Origin: Terriglobia bacterium
Lineage (GTDB): Bacteria > Acidobacteriota > UBA6911
Assembly: GCA_020072565.1 (NCBI GenBank)
Contig: JAIQGI010000023.1
Location: forward strand, 33,929 to 97,928
DNA: 64,000 nt
Direction of reading: 5' to 3'
Below are positions 40,394-50,567 of the stretch, in pieces. Numbering within the stretch: position 1 is the stretch's first letter; every line of letters starts with the position of its first letter. A program made the position numbers and the translations under genes. Under the pieces are notes generated by a model that saw only the letters and a program-made list of their open reading frames with translations, was not told the DNA's origin and made no database searches.

Positions 40394-42814
40394 ATGCGGA
40401 GAGCTGCGGTCGACTCATGCCGGATTTCCGTCAGCGCTTTTGTCGTCTTCTGTAGCTTGCTGGCGGCCGGATGCGGGCATAAAACCGTAACGGTGAGCCC
40501 GCCCCGGCAGCCCCCGGCAGCCACCATTCCCGCGCAGAAACCGGCGCCGGTTCCTCCCCCTGTGGTGACTCCGCCAACATCTGCAACAGTGACCGGCGCA
40601 GGGATTGAGCGCACGCCGGTCTCCCCTTCCACTCTGCCCAGCCCGGGCCCGCGAGGTCCATCTGTCCGGATCGGCCTCACCGTCCCAGCGGAAGAATTGC
40701 GGATTTCCGCGGCGGGGGAGTTCATTCTTGTCGAAAAAACGCCCGAAGCCCTGCGGCAGACACTGACCGGACAAGTCCAGGTCCGGCTGGAGCGCCCCCT
40801 GCCGGAAGCCGCGGAAATCTATCGGGTTCAGGTTGCATCTCTAGCCAATCAGGCGGCGGCCGAAAAGCTGGGCCGGCAACTGAGCGAGCAGTTTTCCATG
40901 CCGACTGTGGTTCATGAGAACGCAGCCACAGGGACGAACCAGGTCCGGCTCGGCAGGTTTGCCACACGCAACGAGGCGCAGCAGTTTGCCGCCGGCCCGC
41001 TTGCCGAAGCCGGATACCGCGACGCCTTCGTCGTCCGCGAAGTCGGGGAAGCAGGCAAAGGAGAGCCGACGCTGGCTCTGCGTGGGCCGGAGAGTCTCTT
41101 CAAACTCAGCCGTGCGGGCTATCTCTTTCTGCCCGTGTCAGACCTGAACTTCCTGCGGTTGAACGGAAAGCCGTATCGGGGAGTGCTGGACATCAGCCTC
41201 AGCAAGGATGGTCGTGTGATCGTGGTGAACCAGCTCGGCATGGAAGAGTACCTCCTCGGCGTTGTCCCCGCAGAGCTGAGCCCCGATATCTATCCCCAGG
41301 AAGCCGCGCTGGCAGCGCAGGCCATCGCGGCACGGACCTACGCGTTAAAAAGCATCGGACGGTACCGCGCCGATGGTTACGATCTGACGGACGATACCCA
41401 CACGCAGGTTTACGGAGGGGTGTCCATAGAGAAAGAAGCTTCCAATGCAGCGGTGCAGAAGACCTTCGGCATCGCCATCTATTATGATGGCAGTCTCATT
41501 GACGCCATGTACATGTCCACGTGCGGCGGACGCACGGAGGATTACGCCGACGTGTTCGATGCCGCGCCCAAGCCGTATTTAAAGAGCGTGTTCTGCACGG
41601 TGGAGAGCGGCGCCGCCGACATGCCGGAAGCGAACATCGGCGGGAGCCATGAGCTCAGCCAGGTGCTCTTTGCCGATGATGGCACCCCAGCCAACCGCGA
41701 GCTGGAGCTGGCACAAGTGCTGGGACTCACCTCTTTTGACCGGATCACACCGGAGGTGTGCGCAGGCATGCCCGGCCCGGATGAAATCAGAGGATGGCTG
41801 GAAAAGAGCCGCCTTCTTGCCGGCAAGACCGACAAGGAAAGCACGGCACAGGAAACCGGCATTACTTCGCGCGCCGGCTTCTTGCGTTATGCGGCGGAAC
41901 ACTTCTTCGGCATGCGTGAGATCGACCGCAGTGTATCCGAGTCCGATACCGCCTATTATCTGAGCAATTTCAGTGATGGGGCGGCCGTTCCGGCAGACGC
42001 CCGGCACGCACTCGCCTATCTCGTCCAGCGGAAGCTCTGGCAACCCTACCCGGACAACAGCGTCAGACCCAACCAGCCTGTCCAGCGCGGTGATGCGCTC
42101 GCTCTGCTGATCCGATGGATTACATCCGTGCGCCCCGAAATCCTCAAGACAGGAGTGTCGGCGGAACCAAGCGCCGAGATTGCCGGCGGCGGCTCCAGGA
42201 GCACGCTCATCATCAAGAGGGGCAGCCGCACCGAGCGGCTGCCCCTCGCCCGGGATGTCCGCCTGTTCAAGGCTACGGCCGGCAGGAGCATGCCTGTCGG
42301 CGGATTGCGTGTCATCGGCAACGAGAAGCTGGCCTATCATCAGAACCCGAATGGCGAGATCGACTTCCTCGAAGTGGAACTCAGCGCGAGCGGCGCTTCG
42401 AGCGACCGCTTCTCTCCCGTGGCAACATGGCAGACCACCATCACGAGAGCCGTGGTCGCGGAAAAGCTTCGTTCCCTGGCAGGGAACGTGGGGGAAGTCC
42501 GGGACCTGAAGCCCGCCCGCTTCGGCGCCTCCGGCCGCGTCGTCCAACTGGAAATTATCGGCAGCCGCGGCTCCGTGGTCGTCAATGGATATAAAGCGCG
42601 CGGCGCCCTGGGATTGAGAGATACACTCTATACCCTGTCACGCGCGCGCACCGACGACGGCAGCGTCGCCAGCTTCACCTTCGATGGGCGTGGCTGGGGT
42701 CATGGCGTCGGCTTATGCCAGACGGGCGCAGTCGGCATGGCACGGGCCGGGCGCAGCGCCGAGGAGATTCTCAAGACTTATTATCAGGGCGTCGAATTGC
42801 GCAAAGTCTATTAG
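40394..42814 (+). CDS. SpoIID/LytB-domain lipoprotein with SPOR domain
   Basis: ATG 40394 gives lipoprotein signal (..VVFCSLLAAGCG). SPOR-like block (YRVQVASLANQAAAEKLGRQL..VRLGRFATRNEAQQF). SpoIID/LytB blocks (..AQAIAARTYALKS.., ..YMSTCGGRTED..). Confidence 0.7.
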   Translation: MRRAAVDSCRISVSAFVVFCSLLAAGCGHKTVTVSPPRQPPAATIPAQKPAPVPPPVVTPPTSATVTGAGIERTPVSPSTLPSPGPRGPSVRIGLTVPAEELRISAAGEFILVEKTPEALRQTLTGQVQVRLERPLPEAAEIYRVQVASLANQAAAEKLGRQLSEQFSMPTVVHENAATGTNQVRLGRFATRNEAQQFAAGPLAEAGYRDAFVVREVGEAGKGEPTLALRGPESLFKLSRAGYLFLPVSDLNFLRLNGKPYRGVLDISLSKDGRVIVVNQLGMEEYLLGVVPAELSPDIYPQEAALAAQAIAARTYALKSIGRYRADGYDLTDDTHTQVYGGVSIEKEASNAAVQKTFGIAIYYDGSLIDAMYMSTCGGRTEDYADVFDAAPKPYLKSVFCTVESGAADMPEANIGGSHELSQVLFADDGTPANRELELAQVLGLTSFDRITPEVCAGMPGPDEIRGWLEKSRLLAGKTDKESTAQETGITSRAGFLRYAAEHFFGMREIDRSVSESDTAYYLSNFSDGAAVPADARHALAYLVQRKLWQPYPDNSVRPNQPVQRGDALALLIRWITSVRPEILKTGVSAEPSAEIAGGGSRSTLIIKRGSRTERLPLARDVRLFKATAGRSMPVGGLRVIGNEKLAYHQNPNGEIDFLEVELSASGASSDRFSPVATWQTTITRAVVAEKLRSLAGNVGEVRDLKPARFGASGRVVQLEIIGSRGSVVVNGYKARGALGLRDTLYTLSRARTDDGSVASFTFDGRGWGHGVGLCQTGAVGMARAGRSAEEILKTYYQGVELRKVY

Positions 42815-43052
42815 GGCGATGGACCATCGACGAATGAACTTCGTGGAGCCGCGCGATGATGGATCGTCAACGCTCTCAGCTTCTGGGGATCATCGTATTG
42901 GCGGCTATTATTCTGATCATCGCCTGCATCCACTACTACCTCAAACTCGGCTGACACAGGTAAGATCTCAACACGAGAGGTGCAGGGGACGCTGAGAAAA
43001 ACTCATCCTCTCTGCGGCCTCTGCGTTGAGGCTTTCCGAAGGTGATGTGACG

Positions 43053-43979
43053 ATGGCGCACCCGGCGATCGCGGTTGTCGGTCCGACAGGCTCAGGCAAG
43101 AGCGATTTGGGGATGGCTCTCGCAGAGCGATTCCACGGTGAGATCATCACCTGCGACGCGCTCCAGGTGTATCGGCACATGGATATCGGCACGGCAAAGC
43201 CCGGGACGGACGAGTGTGAAAAGATCCCCCACCACATGCTCGATTTGCGGGAACCGTGCGACGACTTCTCTGCCGGGGATTACCTGCGTTGCGGGCGTGA
43301 GGCACTGCATGTGATCCGGGCGCGTGGGCGCATCCCGTTCGTCGTCGGCGGCACCGGATTCTATCTACGGGCATTGATCGAAGGACTTTTCGAAGGACCG
43401 GGGCGGTCGGACGTGCTTCGGTCCCGCATGCGCAGGATCATGGCCAGGCGAGGTCCGGAGAGCATTCACCGCGCCCTGCGTCGCGTTGATCCGGAAACGG
43501 CCGCACGCCTTGCTCCCGCAGATGCCGAGCGCAATATCCGCGCCTATGAAATCTACCTGCTGTCCGGGCATACGATGAACTGGTGGCAGCGCCGCCCTAA
43601 GAACAGTCTTCAAGGATTCCGCTGGCTCAAAGTGGGCATCCTCTGGCCCCGCGCCCTGCTGTACGCGAGGATCGACCAGCGGGTCGAAGAGATGTTCCGG
43701 CGCGGCTTCGTCGCGGAAGTTGAGACTCTGATAGCCAGGTATCCCAGGGATTGCCAGGCCTTCAAAGCCATCGGTTACCGGCAAATTGCGGGGCATCTGG
43801 AGGGAAAATGGAGCCTTGAGCAGGCCCTCGAGGACACCCAACGTGAAAGCCGTCGCTATGCCAAACGGCAGCTCACCTGGTTTCGTGCCGATCAAGAAAT
43901 TGTCTGGGTGGATCCTACACCCGGCACGGAAGCTCTCCTTGACCGGAGCTCCGCCGAGGTCGCCCGATTCCTGGGCTGA
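43053..43979 (+). CDS. miaA: tRNA dimethylallyltransferase MiaA
   Basis: P-loop VVGPTGSGKSDLGMALAERF..EIITCDALQVYRHMDIGTAKP.. Confidence 0.9.
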   Translation: MAHPAIAVVGPTGSGKSDLGMALAERFHGEIITCDALQVYRHMDIGTAKPGTDECEKIPHHMLDLREPCDDFSAGDYLRCGREALHVIRARGRIPFVVGGTGFYLRALIEGLFEGPGRSDVLRSRMRRIMARRGPESIHRALRRVDPETAARLAPADAERNIRAYEIYLLSGHTMNWWQRRPKNSLQGFRWLKVGILWPRALLYARIDQRVEEMFRRGFVAEVETLIARYPRDCQAFKAIGYRQIAGHLEGKWSLEQALEDTQRESRRYAKRQLTWFRADQEIVWVDPTPGTEALLDRSSAEVARFLG

Positions 43980-44421
43980 GTCGTGGGGAGCACTGCCGAG
44001 GACCGCCCGGCCCAAGCCGCACACGCCGCTTTGACCCCTCGAACTCATTGACCCTCAGCAGTGCGGAATCAGCAGCGCTCCTGCCACATCCGCTCTCTTG
44101 CATGTCCTGTGCCATTTGGACATCTTCTCCGTGAAAGCCGCCATCTGTTTGAAATTCTTTAGCTTCGGACAATAACCGCAGTGCGCTCCGGAGCAGATCG
44201 GCCGCAGTAGTGAGCGTGCCGGCTCACTTCTGTTCCTGGCAGGCGACACCGCATGGCCGCAACTGAGACAGAGATCACGAAGAACACCGCGCGGCACAGC
44301 CGCATCCCGGTAATCTCAACGCACGGTGCGCTGAGATTGCAGGGACCGCAGAGCATTGATATTTTTTAAGAGCTGCGGTTGCTATAATTACAGATTCGTT
44401 GAGCAGAACCGGAGGCCCCCG

Positions 44422-45891
44422 ATGGAATTCCAGCCCGTGATCGGACTAGAGGTGCACGCGCAGCTCCTCACGCACAGCAAGCTCTTTTGTGGATGCAGCA
44501 CCCGGTTCGGCGCTCCGCCCAACTCGCTGACGTGCCCGGTATGTCTCGGGCTGCCGGGCGCACTTCCTGTGCTCAACCGGGAAGCAGTAGCCATGGCCGT
44601 GCGCGCCGCTCTGGCGCTGGGGTGCACCGTCGAGCCGATTTCCATTTTCGCCCGCAAGAACTACTTCTATCCGGATCTGCCCAAGGGATATCAGATTTCG
44701 CAGTTCGATCTCCCGCTTGCGGTGCGCGGCGCGGTGAAAGTGCTATCGGGCGAGAGGACGGAGGACGGGCACATCGTCAACCGGCGCGAGAAAGTTTTCG
44801 GCATCACCCGGCTGCACCTCGAGGAAGACGCGGGCAAATCTCTTCACGACGGCATGCCTGAGTCCGATGCAAAATCGTATGTCAACCTGAACCGCAGCGG
44901 TGTACCCTTGATCGAGATCGTGAGCGAACCCGATTTCCGGAGCAGCCAGGAGGCTTACGACTATCTGACGCATCTGCGCAGGACTCTGCTCTACCTTGGG
45001 GTTTGCGATGGCAACATGGAGGAGGGGAGCTTGCGCTGTGACGCGAATGTCTCCGTCCGCACCGCAGGGGCAGCCGCGTTCGGCACCAAGGTCGAGATCA
45101 AGAATCTCAATTCCTTCCGCTTCCTGCAGCGCGCTCTCGAATACGAGATCGACCGGCAGGCGCAGGTCATCGCCGAGGGAGGCCGGATCGTCCAGGAAAC
45201 CCGTCTGTGGGATGAGGCAAAAGGCAGCACGGCAGTGATGCGGAGCAAGGAGGAGGCTCACGACTACCGCTATTTCCCCGAGCCCGATCTGCCCCCCCTC
45301 AAACTGGATCCTGCGTGGATTTCAAGCTTGAAGGATTCTCTGCCCGAATTGCCTCACGAGAAAACACTGCGGTTCATGAAGGAGTATTCCTTGGCGAGCG
45401 ATGATGCGCTGCAGCTCACTTCGAGCCTTGCCATGGCGGCCTACTTCGAGGAATGTGCCGGAATTTCGGGAAATCCGCGCGGAGCGCTTCACTGGATCAC
45501 CGGAGATCTGGCTTACACTCTCAAGAACTCCGGCCAGGAGATCGAAACGTGCCAGCTGCCGCCGGAGCGGCTTGCCGCTCTGATCCGTCTGATCGACACC
45601 GGGGAGATTTCCGGCAAAATCGCCAAGACGGTGTTCGAGGAGATCTACCATTCCGGGGAGGAGCCTATCGCTGTCGTCAAGCGGCTCGGTCTGATCCAGA
45701 TCAGCGATGAGGCTACGCTTGAGGAGGCTATTGACAAGGTCAAGGCTGCAAACCCAAAACAGCTCGCCGACTATCGCTCGGGCAAGGAAAAACTCTTCGG
45801 CTATTTCGTCGGACAGGTGATGAAGGAAACCAGGGGCCAGGCCAATCCACAGCTCCTGAACGACCTGTTGAGAAGAAAACTCAAAGAGTAG
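44422..45891 (+). CDS. gatB: Asp-tRNA(Asn)/Glu-tRNA(Gln) amidotransferase subunit B
   Basis: MEFQPVIGLEVHAQL.T.SKLFCGC...PVCLGLPGALPVLN.. Confidence 0.95.
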   Translation: MEFQPVIGLEVHAQLLTHSKLFCGCSTRFGAPPNSLTCPVCLGLPGALPVLNREAVAMAVRAALALGCTVEPISIFARKNYFYPDLPKGYQISQFDLPLAVRGAVKVLSGERTEDGHIVNRREKVFGITRLHLEEDAGKSLHDGMPESDAKSYVNLNRSGVPLIEIVSEPDFRSSQEAYDYLTHLRRTLLYLGVCDGNMEEGSLRCDANVSVRTAGAAAFGTKVEIKNLNSFRFLQRALEYEIDRQAQVIAEGGRIVQETRLWDEAKGSTAVMRSKEEAHDYRYFPEPDLPPLKLDPAWISSLKDSLPELPHEKTLRFMKEYSLASDDALQLTSSLAMAAYFEECAGISGNPRGALHWITGDLAYTLKNSGQEIETCQLPPERLAALIRLIDTGEISGKIAKTVFEEIYHSGEEPIAVVKRLGLIQISDEATLEEAIDKVKAANPKQLADYRSGKEKLFGYFVGQVMKETRGQANPQLLNDLLRRKLKE

Positions 45892-46036
45892 GGATCCGAC
45901 CTCAGACCTTCGACCTGCGGCCGTGCCGGTGAAGGGGGTTAGGAGTCAGAATACCCGTCCGGCGAGCCATTTCTGGCAGCTATACTCTCTATCGGCGCCC
46001 GTCTTCGGTCGGATGTCGGAAGGTCCGAGGTCGGAA

Positions 46037-46615
46037 ATGAACAAATCGGAGTCTCGCAGGAAGGCGGCGTCGCTGCGGCAGCGACAGATCCGCTCGAAGG
46101 CGTTCTCGCCGCAAGCCGACAGCCCCAGACCGCTGTTCGTAGCCGATGTCATGCTCGGTCGCCTGGCCAAATGGCTGCGCATCGCCGGATTTGATGTCCT
46201 CTACTCCAACCGCTTTACGGACGATGAGTTGGTGGCCTTGTCACGCCAGGAGGGTCGAATCCTGCTCTCCCGCGACACGCGTCTCCTGGTACGCAGAGCC
46301 GTGGAGCGGTTCATCTTTCTCGAGAGTGAGACCATCCAGTCTCAGCTGAAGCAGGTGTTCCAGGTTACCCGCACCACCTGCTTGCCGGGCATCCTGACCC
46401 GCTGCCTGTCCTGCAACGACGCCTTGCTGGAAATCCCGCGTGAAAAGGTGCGCGGAAAAGTTCCTGCGTTCGTGTACGAGACTCAGGCCAGTTTCAAGTG
46501 CTGCCCGAAGTGTGGCAGGATCTATTGGGCCGGAACCCACCGCCAGTCTATTCTGCGGACCTTTGAAAAACTCATCTGTGGACCGATTATAAGTCAACGT
46601 CCTCCTCGAAGTTGA
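46037..46615 (+). CDS. Mut7-C RNase domain (DUF82) protein with C-terminal zinc ribbon
   Basis: ..FVADVMLGRLAKWLRIAGFDV.. (Mut7-C/PIN-like), then C..C..(x)..CPKCGRIYW. Start placed at ATG 46037, directly preceded by a GAGGTCG repeat array. The ORF extends upstream to 45923. Confidence 0.65.
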   Translation: MNKSESRRKAASLRQRQIRSKAFSPQADSPRPLFVADVMLGRLAKWLRIAGFDVLYSNRFTDDELVALSRQEGRILLSRDTRLLVRRAVERFIFLESETIQSQLKQVFQVTRTTCLPGILTRCLSCNDALLEIPREKVRGKVPAFVYETQASFKCCPKCGRIYWAGTHRQSILRTFEKLICGPIISQRPPRS

Positions 46616-46672
46616 GGCTATCGGAGCAGTTGAGATTCTTTGCTGGTATCATTGCGCACAGGAGGATCGGAA

Positions 46673-48859
46673 TTGCTGACGGCGGCGCAAAAACAGGAGG
46701 TGTTGAAGTTTGTCCGCGGGCTTGAAGCCCGGACATTCACTTTCCGGGACGTAGTGCGATGGCTGGACCTTGACAGCGATGAGCGGCGCAATCTGCAGCG
46801 CTATCTGGATGAGCTTGATTCCCAAGGCATCATTCACCGCATCAAGAGGGGCCAGTATGCACTCCCGTCCAGAGAGGCTCTGGTTTCCGGGATTCTGATC
46901 TGCCACCGTGACGGGTACGGATTCGTGCGACTCGAAGACCGCTCGAAATACGGCCAGGACATTTTCATTCCCTCCAGGAACATGGAGGAAGCCCTGCACG
47001 GAGATCGGGTGTTGATCAAGGTGATCAGGAAGAAACGTGTCTCCAGACCGGGCCGCCACCCACACCCGGACGCAGGCAAGCCGGAAGAGCGGCTCGAAGG
47101 CACGGTGCTGCGCGTGCTGGAACGCGCACACCCAAGCATCGTGGGGCGCTACTACGAGCATCCGCGCTTTCCCATGGTTGTGCCCCTCGACACGCGCATG
47201 TTCCAGGACATCCTGATTCCACCCCAGCAGAGCAAGAACGCCAGAAATGGTCAGGTAGTGGTGGTAACCCTGCTGATGCCTCCGGGAAAGAATCAGAGCC
47301 CGCGCGGGCGCGTGATCGAGGTCCTGGGATATCCAGGCGACAAGGACATAGAATACAAAATCGTAGAGCATAAGTACGGCCTGCCGGTGGAATTCAGCAT
47401 CCGGACTGAAGAGGAGGCGGCCGCGATTACGGACCGCGTGCTGGAGCAGGATTGTGCGGAACGCGAAGACTTTCGTGACGAGACGGCAGTGACCATTGAC
47501 GGTGAAACCGCGCGCGACTTCGACGACGCCGTCACTCTCGAAAAGCTGCCTTCCGGACACTTTCTCCTTGGCGTTCACATCGCAGACGTCTCGCACTACG
47601 TGCGCGATGACACCGCCCTCGATGCCGACGCCTATACCCGGGGCACGTCTGTATACTTCCCGGATCGCGCCATTCCGATGCTCCCGCCCAAACTGTCGAA
47701 CGGAATCTGCTGCCTGAAGCCCAATGAGGACCGGCTTGTTTTCTCTGTGATCATGGAAATCGACGGGCATGGCCAAGTCATCCAGAGGCGTTTTACTGAA
47801 GCCGTTCTTCGCAGCCGCGCGCGCATGACCTACACCTCCGTGGCGCGGATCCTGGTGCAGAGAGATCCGTCAGAACGAAGCCGTTATGCCCAGCTCCTGC
47901 CCCTGTTCGAAACCATGGAAGAACTCTGCATTATTCTGTCCGGGAAAAGGTACCGCCGCGGCGCCGTGGATTTCGACCTGCCGGAAGCGGAAATTGAGTT
48001 TGACCGGAACGGGCGGGTGATCCGCGTCGTTCCCGCCGAACGAAATATCGCCCACCGCATCATTGAAGAGTTCATGCTGCTCGCCAATGAAACCGTGGCG
48101 GAGCGGTTGACCGAATCAGGCGGGCCCGCGCTCTATCGAGTTCACGAAGAGCCTGATCCACAGAAGGTGGAAGATTTCGCGGAGTTCGCCGGCGCGCTGG
48201 GGCACCGCCTCGAAAGCCACAACGGCCAATACCGCCCCCGCGATTTCCAGAAGTTCGTTGCCCGACTCGAGGGCAGAACCGAGGGTCGGTTCCTCGCCTA
48301 CCTGATGCTGCGCTCTTTCATGCAAGCCCGCTATTCGGCTGAAAATCTGGGGCACTTCGGACTCGCCACATCCGAGTACACCCACTTCACTTCCCCCATC
48401 CGGCGTTATCCCGACCTGATACTCCACAGGCTCCTGAAGGAGTGCCTCAGGAAGCATCCTTCGGAAGCGTGGCAGGCAAAAATGTCCGCACGGCTGCCTG
48501 AGATCGCTGCCTGGATGTCGGCGCGCGAGCGCAATGCCGGCGAGGCGGAGAGAGAGATCGAGAAGATCAAGAAAGTGCAGTTCATGGCCGACAAAGTCGG
48601 TGACGAATTCGAGGGCATCGTCTTCTCGGTCATTCGCCAGGGATTTTTCGTGGAGCTGCTGGAGCACTACGTGGAAGGATTCGTCCCTGCAGGCACACTC
48701 ATCGACGATCGTTACTTCTACCAGGAAGACACCCATTCCTTTGTCGGCGAGCGCCTCCATCGCCGCTTCGCGCTTGGATCCAAAGTCGTGGTGCGCCTGG
48801 ACCTTGCCGACCAGGAAACCTGCCGGCTCACATTCTCGGTTGTACGTGTGCTCGGGTGA
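46673..48859 (+). CDS. rnr: Ribonuclease R (RNB family 3'-5' exoribonuclease with S1 domain)
   Basis: RNB motif ..ETARDFDDAVTLEKL..GVHIADVSHYV.. and a C-terminal S1 domain. TTG start at 46673 preceded by GGAGGA. The ORF extends to 46640. Confidence 0.85.
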   Translation: MLTAAQKQEVLKFVRGLEARTFTFRDVVRWLDLDSDERRNLQRYLDELDSQGIIHRIKRGQYALPSREALVSGILICHRDGYGFVRLEDRSKYGQDIFIPSRNMEEALHGDRVLIKVIRKKRVSRPGRHPHPDAGKPEERLEGTVLRVLERAHPSIVGRYYEHPRFPMVVPLDTRMFQDILIPPQQSKNARNGQVVVVTLLMPPGKNQSPRGRVIEVLGYPGDKDIEYKIVEHKYGLPVEFSIRTEEEAAAITDRVLEQDCAEREDFRDETAVTIDGETARDFDDAVTLEKLPSGHFLLGVHIADVSHYVRDDTALDADAYTRGTSVYFPDRAIPMLPPKLSNGICCLKPNEDRLVFSVIMEIDGHGQVIQRRFTEAVLRSRARMTYTSVARILVQRDPSERSRYAQLLPLFETMEELCIILSGKRYRRGAVDFDLPEAEIEFDRNGRVIRVVPAERNIAHRIIEEFMLLANETVAERLTESGGPALYRVHEEPDPQKVEDFAEFAGALGHRLESHNGQYRPRDFQKFVARLEGRTEGRFLAYLMLRSFMQARYSAENLGHFGLATSEYTHFTSPIRRYPDLILHRLLKECLRKHPSEAWQAKMSARLPEIAAWMSARERNAGEAEREIEKIKKVQFMADKVGDEFEGIVFSVIRQGFFVELLEHYVEGFVPAGTLIDDRYFYQEDTHSFVGERLHRRFALGSKVVVRLDLADQETCRLTFSVVRVLG

Positions 48860-48948
48860 GCAATCATCGGCCGTCGCCGATCCGCTCGGCCAGGAATCTC
48901 GGTTTTTGGCAGGCCATGCCATTCAGGCGGAATGGCCGACATCCAAAA

Positions 48949-50361
48949 TCAGAGAAGCGCCTGGGCCAGTGCTCCCAGCAGGAGTCTCTCCTGGGCAGGA
49001 AATACCGTGCGCAGGTCGAGGAGAATCCTGTCGTCCTCCACGCGCACGATGATGGAGGGATGCTGCAAACGGAGATGCTGCTCGATGCTGCGGGCAGAGT
49101 GCCGATCCGACACGACCGCAAGCAGCACCGTCTCAAGGCTGGAGTCGGGGCAGGAGCCGCCGCCGACGACCGAGCTCCCATCCTGAAAAACGGCGCGCAC
49201 CCCTTCGGGAAGCCTCGGCGTGAGCGCGCGCAGAAAGCGGCCGCACCTGCGCCGGAGCTCTCGTCGAGATATCGACAGCAGGCGCAGCACCGGGATTTCC
49301 AGGAAAGCCTGTCCCGTACGGTAGCTTGCCAGAGTCGCCTCGAGCGCTCCGTAAACGAGCTTCTCCACGCGCAAAATGCGCATGAGCGGATTCCTTCGGA
49401 TCATGTCGAGCCAACGGCACAACCCGGCAATGATGCCGGCCTGAGGTCCGCCGAGAAGCTTGTCGGCACTGAAGCAAACCAGGTCGGCGCCGGCCGCGAT
49501 GCTGTCCTGCGCCCGTGGTTCATCGGCAATACCATAGGGCCGGAGGTCGACGAGGCAGCCGCTGCCGATGTCCTCTACCAAGGGCAACTGGTGGCGGTGC
49601 GCAAGGTCGATCAACTCCGGCAAGCCGGGCCTCTCCGTAAATCCGCGAATGCGGTAGTTGCTCGGATGGATGCGCAGAATCATCCCGGTATCGGGCCCGA
49701 TGGCGGCCTGGTAATCGCCGATCCGCGTCTTGTTGGTGGTGCCCACCTCGCGCATTCGGGCGCCGCTGCGCGCCAGAATATCCGGTATGCGGAAGGAGCC
49801 TCCGATTTCAATCAGCTCACCCCGTGAGATCACCACCTCTTTCCCGGAGGCCAGAGTATTCAGGATCAGGAAGACGGCCGCGGCGTTGTTGTTGACCACG
49901 GTAGCGGACTCGCAGCCCAGCACTTCGTTCAAGACGGGCTCGATCAGCAGGTCGCGATGAGATCGAGCACCCGCCACCAAATCATACTCGAGGTTAGTGT
50001 AATGAGCTGCGACTGCCGATAAGTTCTTTTGGGCCGAAGCCGAAAGTGGCGCGCGACCCAGGTTTGTGTGCAGAATGACTCCAGTCGCGTTCACAACCGT
50101 CACCAAGGCAGGGCGCAACCGTCGCTGCAGTCTCTGCTCCAGCTGCAGTTCGAGACTGGCCAGATCGATCGGGGTGTCTGTAGTTGCGTTACCTGAGCGC
50201 AGAGCGGCCCTAACCAGATGGAGCAGGCCATGGATCTCGGAGACGACAAAGCCGTGGCTGGTGCGGCTGACCCAGGCCGCCACCGTGGGCCGCAGCAGAA
50301 GCTGATCGACTGCCGGAATCTGGCGCAGCAGCTCCTGCAAAGCGTTCTGATCTTGAGCCAT
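48949..50361 (-). CDS. selA: L-seryl-tRNA(Sec) selenium transferase (selenocysteine synthase)
   Basis: ..LPLVEDIGSGCLVD.., ..VCFSADKLLGGPQAGIIAG.. (PLP-lysine region characteristic of SelA); about 470 aa. Confidence 0.8.
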   Translation of the reverse strand: MAQDQNALQELLRQIPAVDQLLLRPTVAAWVSRTSHGFVVSEIHGLLHLVRAALRSGNATTDTPIDLASLELQLEQRLQRRLRPALVTVVNATGVILHTNLGRAPLSASAQKNLSAVAAHYTNLEYDLVAGARSHRDLLIEPVLNEVLGCESATVVNNNAAAVFLILNTLASGKEVVISRGELIEIGGSFRIPDILARSGARMREVGTTNKTRIGDYQAAIGPDTGMILRIHPSNYRIRGFTERPGLPELIDLAHRHQLPLVEDIGSGCLVDLRPYGIADEPRAQDSIAAGADLVCFSADKLLGGPQAGIIAGLCRWLDMIRRNPLMRILRVEKLVYGALEATLASYRTGQAFLEIPVLRLLSISRRELRRRCGRFLRALTPRLPEGVRAVFQDGSSVVGGGSCPDSSLETVLLAVVSDRHSARSIEQHLRLQHPSIIVRVEDDRILLDLRTVFPAQERLLLGALAQALL

Positions 50362-50567
50362 TGCGCCATTTCAACACAGCCCCGGAGGGCTGTCAATCTT
50401 GACACCCGAAATATAGCCGTGAAAAACAGAAAAACGGGACACAGCAATTCTACGGTTTTGATCTGGCTTGGACGCAGGGCAGCAGACCGAAAATCGGATT
50501 ATCCCCTTTATCTGGGTTTTCGGGTGTCTGGTGATATTAACTTGGACAGAGGCGGGGCTTAACCAAA

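Noticed and set aside
44356-44421. Upstream extension of gatB (MIFFKSCGCYNYRFVEQNRRPP..)
   Set aside because: GatB proteins begin at the conserved MEFQPVIGLEVH.. block, and the extension covers a TATAAT-containing promoter-like stretch.
46649-47776. 375-aa minus-strand ORF inside rnr
   Set aside because: Antisense to RNase R with its RNB motif; no features of its own. The same applies to 48116..48922(-).
50362-50567. Possible tRNA-Sec or other tRNA near selA
   Set aside because: No acceptor-stem and T-loop (GTTCRANYC) arrangement found by eye. Needs tRNAscan-SE or Secmarker to exclude formally.
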